From: Ramazzottius varieornatus
Lineage: Eukaryota > Animalia > Tardigrada
Assembly (NCBI GenBank): GCA_001949185.1
Contig: BDGG01000007.1
Coordinates: 693,401 to 757,400 of the forward strand
Length of the DNA: 64,000 bases
Reading direction: 5' to 3'
Position numbers and translations under genes: made by a program. Position 1 is the stretch's first letter, and each line of letters starts with the position of its first letter. Below the pieces are notes generated by a model. The model saw only the letters and a list, made by a program, of their open reading frames with translations, ran no database searches and was not told where the DNA came from. Positions 49,710 through 61,646 of this stretch are shown here, in pieces.

Positions 49710-50323
49710 AAAAGCGCCTAATTTCTCGACAAAGTCTGAGTTTCGGAAACGGCGATCTGCAGAAGTGGAAATTTTTTGTCAGCTAGAGTAACTGAAATGT
49801 TTTGGGAGATAAACTTTAGTTTAAGTTTATCATTACTTCCCTTCGCAGCACATATAGTAACTTACCCTTGAATTCGATAACAGGTGTACGCTGACGGGGT
49901 TAGCTACGATGGTTGGTTTCAGTCGACAACTTCGCATTTAACAGTGGAATATCGCAAAACGGGGGTATAACGCGTAAAACAAAAAACTAAACTTCGATGA
50001 GAAAAGCGTTCTCGAACTTAGACAAGCGAACTGAGTGAAGGTATCAGAAATAAATAGAAGGAATACCCCGTAAGCAGCGAATGCGTGGATCGCAAGGAGA
50101 CCACCCAATCCTTTCCCCACATTTGTAGCCTTACAACAACTTCAAAAACAGCATACTCTTCTGTTGAACATAACAGACAAAAAGCGGAAACACACAGCAG
50201 ATGAATAAACCACTTTAAAATTACACCTCTTTGCCGCCTCTTTCTGGAATTCGTCTTCGTTTCAAAGCCCATCTTGAACCCTCCCTTCTGCACCAAGACC
50301 CAGCACCAAGTCTTGTGCCCGCC

Positions 50324-53300
50324 TCATATCAACGAAGCGAAAGGATCATTACTGGCTGCTGGAACTGCCGACCGTGTCGGGCTGTTTTGCTGGCCAGGCG
50401 TCCCTGCTGTAGCTATGAAAGGGTTCCATGCACCGGCAGCTGCCTGGCCCATTCCCATCTGGCCTTGCTGCCCTCCAAAATTACTCTGAAAGCACACAAA
50501 TAAATTCTGAAAAACAGCTGGAAAATCTGGAAACGAGTAAAACAACCTGAACAAGACCGATTTCCAAGTGGCGCATGCTTTCAGCTAATAACATTGAACG
50601 CGTGTGCCACCTGGGTAAACTGGACAGAATCATTCTTCCGAATGGCGCACACATCCAGCGCAAGACACTAGGAATGTGCGCCACTTTAGCAAACAATCTT
50701 GCAAGTTCGTCTGCCCAGCTCACAACTCATTTTTAGGAAAATTCAAAAAGTTTCAAAGAATGTTCTGTGGGTTAGTTTGAACTACTGGACGTACCACCGG
50801 GTTGGTGGCTGTCATGGGTTGTCTCTGTCCGCCAGGAGCCATGAAGCCCGCTGCGCCCATGCCGCCCATCTGTCCTTGGTTCGGCATGGACTGCGGTCGC
50901 ACTCCGTAGGCACCCAAGCTACCTAAATTCAGGTTGTTGGCGAGGTTCGCCAAGCTCTGATTGACGTCGTGCTGGATCAGCTTGGGTTGACCACCGTTCA
51001 TCGCTGAAGCTGCTTTGGTCGGTGGAACACCTAAAACGAGGAACCCAGCTTGACCAAAACGTACCGCAGACTTTCTGTTGAAGGTATGCTTACCGAAAGG
51101 AGACTGCTGTTGTTGGGGTTGGCCAAACACCGAGCCGAAGTCAGCGTCGAACGGCGAGGACTGCGTCAGTGGAGATGAAGCGGACTTCTGCGCAGCCATC
51201 TGGGAGCCATTGAAGGCCAACGGGTTGACGCCGGAAGCGGGATACCCGTTCGCGGGAACGGCGAAGGGGTTGTAAGCGGTAGCTGCCGGAGATTGCATTG
51301 TTGCTGGCGCGAAACCACCTGGAAGAAATTCAAAATTTTTTCCGAAGATCAAAAGGACATCACAGCCCACAATTTTAAAAAAACCTCCGAAAGGAACTTT
51401 CACAATTTGTAAAACCAGAAAATATTTTCTGTACATTTCACACGGTCATATTTTCTTGAATGGTATTTCCAAATTAAACGCCAAAACTTTCACAAAAATG
51501 CGAATAAATATCCGGAAAAGAAACCTGAAAGAATCTAATAAACGTTGCTCAAATGTTTTCCCTGAAATTTCGACTGCGAAAATCATACCGTACCTGTTGG
51601 ACTAGCGAAGGGGTTGCTGTAAGGTGTCGCACCGAAAGGCAGGCCTTGTGGTGGTACAGCGCTTCTTGGAGGCTGGTTGTACTGGCTCATGATGTTGGTC
51701 ATGGCGTCGAAGTTGGAAGCGGCCTGCGTCGAAGGGGCGTTGCCGGCAAAGTCCAGGTCCATCAGCGAGTCAAAGTCACTCTTGGAGGACGAGGCTGACG
51801 CTGACTGTCCACCGGGCGGCGCAATGGTCAGACCATTGGAATGGCCGTTGGTGGGGGACGACGCTGCGGAAGGAGGCTTCGGGAAGGATCCCGAAGACTG
51901 CGCCGCGACTCTGGCTTGCTCTTCCTTCTTTTTCTGAAACAAGAAAAAACTCAGTAAGTTTCAGCCATCTTACCATTTCGTTTTGATAAGTCAAAGAAAC
52001 GAAGGATGAATATTTTATTCATTTTTTACCCTGATTTCTTCCATGGCTTGTTCTTCCTCCATTATTGCTCGTTGCTTCTCCTTCTCGCCCACTTCGTTCA
52101 ACGCATGTTCCGTGGCCGAAAGAGACATCAGGCCAGTCTGGATGCTCCCCGAACTGAAAGAATACTGACAGTCAAATAACCTATTTCGACAAAACCCGAC
52201 GGCAGAAGATTTACTTCGTCATCGCGCCAGGCGGAGATCCAGCTGACTTCTTGCCGCCTTCCAGCTGGTCAAGATGCTGTTCTAACGCGTCAAGCAAGCT
52301 GGCTGGCGCCTAAAGCAGAAGAAAAAGAACCTTACAATTCAGTCGAAGTTACAAAAGAAACCCTAATGTCAGCAAAACGTTCAACGAACAGGGAGCTCCG
52401 GGGACCGGAAGTGGAAGCTTACCTTGGTTAGGTCGGGTATTTCGCCCTTAGGGATGCCGACGTTTTCAGCGACTTTGAGAAAACTGGCAACTTTATCCAT
52501 CCTGACGAGAAATTTTTTATAGATGTCAAGCGCATCACGGCAGTTCTTCTTGTTCATATCGAAATATTTCTCTGCAAACAGGAAGAAACATGGTCGCTGT
52601 TTCTTTCGTCGTCAGATGATCATATTTCCTGGTGTCCTACCCAGCATATTGATAATTCCGTCATTATAACAAGCGAAAAGCCTTATGAGATCCCTGAAGA
52701 GCAGGACAAAACAGCTGCTGATCACGGCATTTGTCAGTTCATTTGGCGAACACTGCAAAAGAAAGGCATGTCAGCATCACTCATCAGCCAACCGTATCCT
52801 TATAAAAGCATTTAGATTCTTGGCCATTTTCCACTCTTACATCAAATTCCAAAAGTGCGTCCATCTGTTCCTGTATCACCGGTAACGTCTTGAGTAGTTT
52901 CTCCGCCGACATCTTCCGCAACATGCCGTCTTCCTTCCTGCAACCGGAGAGACTGTAAACTCAGACATTCAAGGCCGTGCCTAGTACCTCAACACTAATT
53001 AAACGGAAGGAGTGACAGCACGGACCTGCTAGGGCTATCCAGTTAAGCACGGCCTAATGAGCTGATTGTTGATTAACCCACAACACATTCAAACTTCGCA
53101 GTGGGAAACTCTTTCTATCGATTTTTTCTCCTTGTTCTTTCCTCATTCTGCGCAGGCTCTGGGGCGACCATAACGATCGTTTTCTCGCGTGTGATCCCCG
53201 GCTGTCTTATCACGATTAACTGGGCTTGGCAGGAGCTTCATCGAGTTCACGGTGCAAACAGTGCAAAAAACGCTCGTGGAGCGACCGCTGCCCTTTCCCT

Positions 53301-54819
53301 TTGTTTATCGATCGCTTCTCCCTGAATTCCTTCACTTGAGCCATAACATGGACAAGAGGAGTTACACAATACACTTCGTGACGTAAGATAAGGCCTTGCC
53401 TTCGAACTTGTGGGAAAAATACACTTGGACAGATGGGAATCTGTTGAACTGTTCCGATCAGAACGCATTGAGTCTCGCTGTTGGACTTCCGTCTGAGGTT
53501 CAACGGTCGAACAACCCACTTTTCCTACTCGCTTCTGCCTACCTGTCTCACAAAAACAACTAACTCATCCTCTGACTCACTAGATGCAATCAGAGAGAAA
53601 TACCACATTTTCAGGAAAGTTACGAAAACTAGAGAATCTTCGACTGCTCCAAAATCAACACAGGATAAACCGTTGATTGTTGACTCGGCCATACTAGGCT
53701 GAGGCGTTGATTGAGAAGTGGGCAAAGTTCTTGATTGAGCCGTTCTTACCCTCGTTTGACTTTGCAGAAATCAAAGGCGACAACGCGATACGACAGGGCT
53801 TTTTGGTTTAAATACTTGGAGTAGCGGCGAATATACGTTGACATATCATATCCTGAAGCACAAGAAAAGAGCACATATTTGATAAGAGCACATGGTCATT
53901 GTCACGGAAGCAATCAGGAATGAATTCAATCGGTCAGAAAGATAATTAATTCTGCTCACCTTGCACGCCGCTCTTGTTATCCAGGAATGAGTTCAAGGAG
54001 AAAGAACTGTTGGCAGACGCGAGAAACTGGATGAATCTCTGTGAAAGACAACACGAATCAGCAAAGAGTAAATTCTTCCGAAGGAATACAACAGAAAAGG
54101 TGATATTAATTTCAATTTAATTTACGGTTATATACTAATATTCGTCAATCGTCACATGTTCGTCTCGCGTGGCGTCTATTCATTCTAAATAGGTTGCCTG
54201 GGCTTCTTCTTCGCTTAAGCTTCGTGTTTTAGGACGAAGAAACACACCTCATTTCCGTATAACATCAGATGATGTATCGACACCAACGCCTTGTAGACGA
54301 CGATCCAGTTTGGGTGCTGTAATCGATCAAGGAGAAGATTCGCCAGCTGCGGGATGGACACATTGGGCTCCTCCGTACAGTGCAGAAGATCTGCAAAAAC
54401 AAATCCGTTCGTTTTAGCACACGACACGAAGCGAGATAAGATTCTTCCTGACAAAATACAGTATTTAATTTAGATACAAAATCGGCCACGTGGTATCGGG
54501 TGAATTACAGTCTACACCCGTGACCAATCAAATACCGTACCTTCGTCATCAATAAATGTATCAACGTGCCACCAGTACAACAAACGACAGTCACGTGACA
54601 TTTGATCACTAATTTTATGGATGGTGATCCTTTATTAAATCAAATTTCTCAAATTTCGCTCTTTCTCTTCCACTCACAATCGAGATGTTTCTTTTTGGGT
54701 CCGATAGGTTCTTCCGTCGTCGCTTTACAAACAGCTTTGGCCAGCATATGGCCTGCCAGACCAAACCTTGCTGCGTTGATCCGATCCGCAATGGTCTGAC
54801 CTCCCGCATTCATATTCAT
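50324..54819 (-). CDS. PICALM: Phosphatidylinositol-binding clathrin assembly protein (PICALM/AP180/LAP)
   Basis: ANTH domain: [91 protein letters not shown] motifs in the tail. Confidence 0.95.
50533..50724. repeat. Intronic modular palindromic repeat, copy 9
   Basis: Same family, last PICALM intron. Confidence 0.75.
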
Positions 54820-56011
54820 TTTCAGTCGTCAAAATAATCCTCTTCCTGATAATAAGAAGCTATCTGCTCCCTCCGCCTTTCAGCTCCCTTCCCCGTACGG
54901 ATTATCCCCACATGCAACAATACGATGGACCGCTAACAGGTTCTACCACCAGATAGTTTTGTAAACAACCAAGGGCTATGGAACATCAACTGTTAAGCGA
55001 TGCAGAAGCGAGAAGAACATCCACTTGGTAAAGAAGAAAACATCAGTAGAAACGAAGAAGACATTTTCGTCCGTGAGTCACACCACGACGCGAACAGTGA
55101 TTCCACGCAACCGTGATGCGAGTGGAGTCACAGTGTGTCGCGTAGTGGTCAATCAGGCGTACGTCGTACAATGACGCAACCCGATGTTCAACAACAGGCG
55201 GCACCATTTTCTGGATTAATAAGCGCGCAACAGGCGCCACCTACGAAGGACCCAAAGCATCTGACGGTTTGCATCGTAGATGCCGCCAGCCAAAAAGGTA
55301 GTGCCATGATCCGTCACTAGGAGAAGCACCCCCTGTAAACTGACCTCCAAAGCCTACGGTCCACCAATACCGTTTAACCTGAGGGTCCAAACTGGTTTTT
55401 TAGGGATCAGCTGTGTTGGGGTGGGGGTGCACTCCGCCCAAAATCATGGCACGAACCTCGTTGGCAGGCGGCATCTATGGTTTACATAATTTTCGCGACG
55501 GCTTCGAACATCTGACAGTTTGAAGAATTCCACAGTCTGTCTATATCTGCACAAACTCGGAGGGAAGACAAAGGCAATATTTCCATGCTTTGTTTCTTTC
55601 CGAACATCGACCGGAACGCTTTCTCGGACATGTGAGTTTCCCGCAAACATGAATGGTGATGCGAGACTTAGGCAGGTTGTAAACAAGACTGCGAAAAAGT
55701 TGCAGCATTAAACCAGTTTTTCCTCACCCTGGGAAAACCTTTGAACGTTATTGGCTTGCTTCACTTCCTTCTCGGTTTCTATTACCCTCTATGCCTGATG
55801 AGACCCAATGTCTAACAGTTGTCTCACACTGCGTTAATCGACGCCTGTTTCATACTATAAAGTGTGAAAGTTTGGTTTTCTAACGCACGTTTCTGTCAAA
55901 TTGACAGATTTCACACTTGCGACTATTGTTCTAGTTTCTCATTGTATCTGTCGACACCTGACCAATTCTCGACACCGAAGACGGTGTCCGTGGAAAAAAA
56001 AGACTCGTCCT

Positions 56012-56737
56012 ATGAAGATGGCACACGTTTGCTCCTTATTATTTGTGGCCTACTTGCTCTGCTTTCTATCCCTGGCACGGGTACAAGCAAATATTACGGA
56101 GACTCGGCAAGGTTCTGGATACACGGGGGTTGAGTCTGCAGGACCTTTCATCGTCTCAATCGATCAAAATGGATCGGAAGGACTTCGCATCGAGGCCGCC
56201 CTGGACGATCACAACGTTACGAATTCCATCGAAACCTTCGTTGAGAAACAAGCCTTGAAGATTCGATTTATGTGGCCGTATTCTGAAGACGACGGACGAT
56301 TCGCTGGACTTATCCGTATTATCGTTTCTGCGAAATCAGTCAACAGTTTCGTCCTGGCTGGTGCTGGATCCATGACAATCAATCAACCCGTAAGAGCCTC
56401 CTCGATCAACGTAGTCAACAGCGGTAGTGGGCCTGTTGTTCTGACTGTGGAGCAAGCTTCCGACTTCAACGCAGCTCTAAGCGGAACCGGAACTATCAAG
56501 GTGGGCGGTAGTACGCAGAATGCCAATATTGTTGTCAGTGGCGCAGGTGGAATCAACGGTGATGCACTTCAAGCCGACAGCGTTAGTGTGTCGATGTTCG
56601 GCGCAGGTGGCGTCGTGATCAACGCCCAACGAATGCTTTCAGTCCTGATGATGGGATCCGGGAGGGTGAACTACAGAGGCAATCCCATGACCAATATCAT
56701 GCGCATGGGCACTGGATCCATCAACCAGATCCCTTAA
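56012..56737 (+). CDS. Secreted DUF2807 / head-GIN-domain beta-helix protein, bacterial-type, intronless
   Basis: Signal peptide, then ETRQGSGYTGVESAGPFIVSI..IETFVEKQALKI. Repeated SGSG/AGAG/SGTG/SGAG turns ending GSGRVNYRGNP..GTGSI, a pattern typical of Bacteroidota DUF2807 proteins. Confidence 0.8.
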   Translation: MKMAHVCSLLFVAYLLCFLSLARVQANITETRQGSGYTGVESAGPFIVSIDQNGSEGLRIEAALDDHNVTNSIETFVEKQALKIRFMWPYSEDDGRFAGLIRIIVSAKSVNSFVLAGAGSMTINQPVRASSINVVNSGSGPVVLTVEQASDFNAALSGTGTIKVGGSTQNANIVVSGAGGINGDALQADSVSVSMFGAGGVVINAQRMLSVLMMGSGRVNYRGNPMTNIMRMGTGSINQIP

Positions 56738-57061
56738 TGTTTTCTGCGTACCATTGTTCCCAGTTCTAGTTTCAATTGAACCTGTCACATTGTTTGCTAA
56801 GTTAAGGAGCGCACTGTGAAACACTAAAATAAGATATCTGCGTCCTATTCTTGGGTCTGTTCCGGCAAAGAAATAAAATTTACTGATTCACAATAAATCA
56901 CAAAATGAGAAGTTCCTGGTACATGAAACAGCTAGAACCTAGAATATACTGCGAACTGCTTTACTGTTTTTTCTAGTGAAGAAATAGTTCTAGTCTGAGA
57001 CGGCGAGGGTTCGGTGGTGGCGGAGGTTGAGAAACCAGGACACACACAACGACGTGGCCCG

Positions 57062-60000
57062 CTATTGTTCCAAACAGAGTTCATCCACGTTCAGAAGCCA
57101 CCAGTTCAAGTCTTCCACATGTTTTCGATGAAGAAATGTCCTGGACAGGAAGACTATGGTTCGATGAGTACTAGTGCAAATTCGGGTAGGAAAGGTCTTA
57201 CCAGGCAGCCGCAGTCAGAGTAACGATGATAAATGCGACCGTGCTAAGCGCTGCTATCAGATGATTATGATCTAAGAAACGCAGATAAGCTCTGTTTCAT
57301 CTACCGATGGGTGGTACTTTTAGCCTCCTGGCAACCCATCCAACATTTTTTATGGATTCTTTTACGGCCATAGTTCTTAGTTCGCGAGGCGGGTGAACTT
57401 AGCCGTTTTAGAAAGTTAAGATCAGCTCTTGATCATCCCCCTACGTGGGAAAATCAACTGAAAGGATCTCTGATCCTCAGTATGTACGATCCTCCACACA
57501 GTTGTACGCGTGAACGCGCGCGCCGTCCCGAGTAGTAAGCACACGGCAGACCGGCCAATCAACGGTCAGCTATCAGTCAGTCGAGCATGAATGTGCAGTA
57601 TCACACACGGATGGCCCAGCGTGTCANNNNNNNNNNNNNNNNNNNNNNNNNNNNNNNNNNNNNNNNNNNNNNNNNNATTGATTACCTGATTATTACCCAT
57701 GGCGCAAATCTGTTCGACTGATTGACAGCTGACCGTTGATTGACCGGTCTGCCGCGTGCTCACTACCCGGGACGGATTCGAGCGTACGACTGTGTGGAGG
57801 ATCGTACATACTGAGAATCAGAGATTCAATCAGTTGATCTCCCCCCTAGCGGGATGATGAAAAGCTGACCTTGACTTTCTAAAACGGCCAAGTTGACCCG
57901 CCTTGCGAACTAAGAACTATGGCAGTAAAAGAATCATAAAAAATATTGTATGGGTTGGCCAGGAGGCTAAAAGTACCACCCATCGGTAGATGAAACCAGG
58001 GCCGACGCGCCAGATATCGAATGCAGTGTTATTTTAATCATTATAATAGAAAATCGATTCTAATAATTAAAATCGTTATAATTGTGCGGGTTGGTGTTTG
58101 CGTGATTGATTGATTCATAATAGGAGACCGAATTTTAATTTTAATAATTGAAATTCGTTTGCGATAATTGATTTTACTTGCAGTCAGCTGATCACGCAGA
58201 CTTAACATTAGCACGTGACTTTTAATAATTTTAATTGCATAGTAAGATAACACTGATCGGATGGATCAAACTTCTGCTTATGGGACGTCATGGTGTCGAA
58301 ACATAAAGATACTTTGATTTGATTGTTGGGATGCGTTGTCACCACGATACTACACATCCACCATTAATCACAGCAGTAATTAGAAATCTATACAACGGTG
58401 CAAACTAGTTTATACAAGGTCTGAGGGCTGCTTGTGTTTACACTGATATTGGTTCAACAAACAAAGGCATTGGCCAACAAAGGCAAGACACAGCACTGCG
58501 AATTATGCAGACTTTGATGTGTATCTAATGCTCACGTTCAGTCAACGCATGAATTCTAGCCGTGCCAAAATATCAAAGGAGAGGTGAGAATAACAATGCC
58601 AGGGCCATTTGTATGTAGTTGATGAACAGAAATGGGCAACCCACCAACGAACAACCGGTGCATATTAATAACCATCGAACGAAAATGTTTGACGTGATGA
58701 TACGGACGTAAGCTTCTTCTAGCATACGTCGACTGGTCAGTATCCGGAACCAGCTTTGGGATTCTGAAAATAACTTTCTGACGAAATTGTTGTGGCACCA
58801 GTACAGTTTTGTGGCTCCCTGTGATTCATCAATCAAATATTTTTATGTTTCGACACCATGATCGTCCCATAAGCAAAAGTTCGATCCATTCGATATAGGG
58901 TGCGTCGGCCCTGGATGAAACAGAGCTTAGAAATGAAACGGTTTTGTGGAAGTTATCGGTCACGTTCGGGTGCACTTCGAGTAGCTTTGGCTTTTACCAC
59001 TTGGATTTCTACATTTTTCCATGAATCCATCGAACCCGCAGAACGGCGTGTCCGATGGGAGAGTATCTGAGCTGAACCAGGAAAACGTCATAGTCTGATC
59101 AAGCTTCAGAGTGAGTCCCGGTAGTTCGAAAAGAACCTTCGGAATGAGAATGTGCATTTATTTGTGCTATGGGTATCAGTTGTAAGTTCCGGGTTGCGTC
59201 TAACCTCCCGTTCCTCCATGTCTGGTTGCCTCAAGCGCGTAACTATTAGGTCTAAAGTTCGTCTTCCCAGTGCGTCAATGTTGACAGTCCCAGACGGAAC
59301 ATCGAATGTTCGGTTCAGGAATAGTGGTACTAACTTTCGGCCTCCAATTGGTAAGGGGCGTGTACCGTTTTGCGTTGATTCCCGAATTATCTGTTGTAAG
59401 ATAAAAGAGTATAATCTAGTCCTTCCGTAGTCCATGTCGAGCGGAACTGGCGCTCTTCATAGAAATCAAGCGGACGAGTACAGTCCGATCGCTCGAGATG
59501 CGTGAAATCTTCGGGTTGCAATTTAAGGCCTGCCAAACATTCTCCGTACATGCAGTGAAAGCATGCCAAGCTGAAGGCCAAAATTACACAACACATGCAT
59601 TCACACCGTGCTTTGACTGGTGTAATCAACTAATCCAGCCGGAAGTCTCCGGTTGGTTGGGCATGGCGGGTAGTATAGTTAACTTCGACCAATTATCGTG
59701 CTTAGAAAACCGGAAAATCTTATACACATTTTGAGCGACCGGCCTATAGTCTTTTGCCTACCTGATCTACGATAAAGACTACGTCGTAAGCTGTCATTGG
59801 TACCTGAACACTCTGGAAAATGGTCAACAACTGCACTTAGAAGTCAAAGAACGAACGAGGCTCGTACTATTTCTTTCACTAAGACGGGCTTCGATATGCC
59901 CATCCGTTGTCTGCTTCGTTGAGCTACTTCAACTCCACGCTGCAGAGCGGACGCTGGGGGAGGCTTTGGCTCGAGGATAAGAAGGGACTTGAACGCAGTC

Positions 60001-61646
60001 ATAGCTACCTAGAGCAGGATCGTACCATCTTCGGAATTTTAGATCTTACCACTTAATCATCAAATACTTTCGAATTCTCAATTTAATATTGCGCGATACT
60101 ACGCAATATCCGTATTTTGAAATAAACGAACAACTCCACTTTTACCGTATCGTCGGACAAGTTGTAGTTCCAGCTCAGATAACCGTATACCGAAGTATCT
60201 CGTATCGGTTCCAGAGTGAAGTACACGTACTGACCATCGGTCATGTTCAAGGCAGAAGCTCTACAAAGAAATCATGTTGTCGAACTTTGACAAGCAGGAT
60301 TTGGAATTGTATTAATCATCCTTTGATCATGTAAAATAGGCGACTGCCGTCCATTCCGAGCTTGCATCGCTTGACAGATTAAGGCACCCGTGCGGGCCAA
60401 TGGCTTCGTTTCGAGCTGTTTGAGACGAGAGCTGGACTCTGCACATGTCAGGCCTATCCTATGTTCTTTCCCGTAAACATAATTATCCGCTTCATCGGAA
60501 ACGACCCCGGTTAAAGTAGCCTCGAGAAAATCTTGACGAGAAAAACAGCAAGCTGAAATTCCAGGCGGTAAACGTGACCATGTATGTAGACGACACGAAG
60601 GTTTACTTTTACCTGATCAGTAGCTGCCGCAGGTCCGAGTTGATTCCGAAATACAAAAGAACTGCAGGAAAACAATTTGTCATTGTAGCTTACGAAAACC
60701 GCAGACCGAAGTGCACAATACCAGGGAAGGCCAGAACGGCTTACCGCGGCTCGATGAGTTGAACAACCGAAGGACCTCATCATGGTTTGGTTTCTCGGGC
60801 GTGATCTCGTTCACGTAGAGCTGGATCCACGGATTCTGCCTCATGTACTTGACAAACAAGACGGAGCAAAGTCTGTAGCGAGGAACCACCGCTTGCAGTC
60901 CGATCAAGACAAATATCTTGCTCCAGCCGTATTTCGCAAACAGAGATCTGTACAGCTCCGGATAGTTTGCGCAACCGAAATAAGTAGTGATCCAGGTTGA
61001 GCCGCGTTGTCTGTCAGCCAAAGTGGGAGCACCTTCTCCTGAACTATCAATACAAATTTCGAATGCAGCCATAAGCTTGTCCATGGATTTCAGTAGTGTT
61101 GTGTATTCGCTGCAGTTGTGTACCTGGTTGTAAATAGGATGTCCCAGTGACTTGCTAGATTCTCGACAAATGGAGCTTCATTGCAGTCTGCAAGTTACGA
61201 AACGGTAAAAGACCAGGGACATTCTTTTTTTCGGAAATCTCCATACGTGGAACCAAGCTTGCACTGTCTCTGCCCCATGACAAAATATGAGGGCACTTAC
61301 TCGGCCACACGAATATATTTGTGCTTGAACCATTGGAAGTAGCCTGCGTGTAATACCAGCGAGCCAAGAGGTACTGACTATCGTCGGCTACACTAGAGCA
61401 GTCGCCGGCACGGTCATCAGGCTGGAATATGTTGGTGTGGGTGTATCGAATTGAAGAGCGGTTATTCTGTTCTCGAAGATCATCCATCGCACAATCAAGA
61501 AACGGTTCCACGACTGCACGAATAGGATTGCGCGAAGTGTTGGCGAAGCGTAGTGAGACGATGTTTACATCGATGTATGCGTTGACACAACGAATCATGA
61601 CAGATAACGAAAGCATCGCGCTAAAACACCTACGTTCAGAATTCAT
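57062..61646 (-). CDS. Natriuretic-peptide-receptor-like ectodomain + TM with short tail (no kinase or cyclase domain)
   Basis: ANF-receptor-like exons ending LPSDTPFCGFDG..C. TM exon 57272-57202 (LIAALSTVAFIIVTLTAAAW). Last exon TFLHRKHVEDLNWWLLNVDELCLEQ* with stop at 57062. Internal exon boundaries are only partly resolved. Confidence 0.65.
57627..57676. other. Assembly gap (50 N)
   Basis: Run of N. Confidence 1.
57997..58913. mobile_element. Non-autonomous hAT-like element
   Basis: TIR cagggccgacgc/gcgtcggccctg with perfect 8-bp TSD gatgaaac (57989-57996, 58914-58921). Confidence 0.9.
58024..58255. mobile_element. AT-rich hAT-like MITE nested in the previous element
   Basis: TIR cagtgttat/ataacactg with 8-bp TSD atcgaatg/atcggatg (1 mismatch). 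Confidence 0.85.

Larger units (their letters stand above)
57288..58927. mobile_element. Foldback DNA element with ~300-bp TIRs flanking an assembly gap, TA-flanked
   Basis: 57288-57587 is the reverse complement of 57711-57996 plus 58922-58927. Confidence 0.8.
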
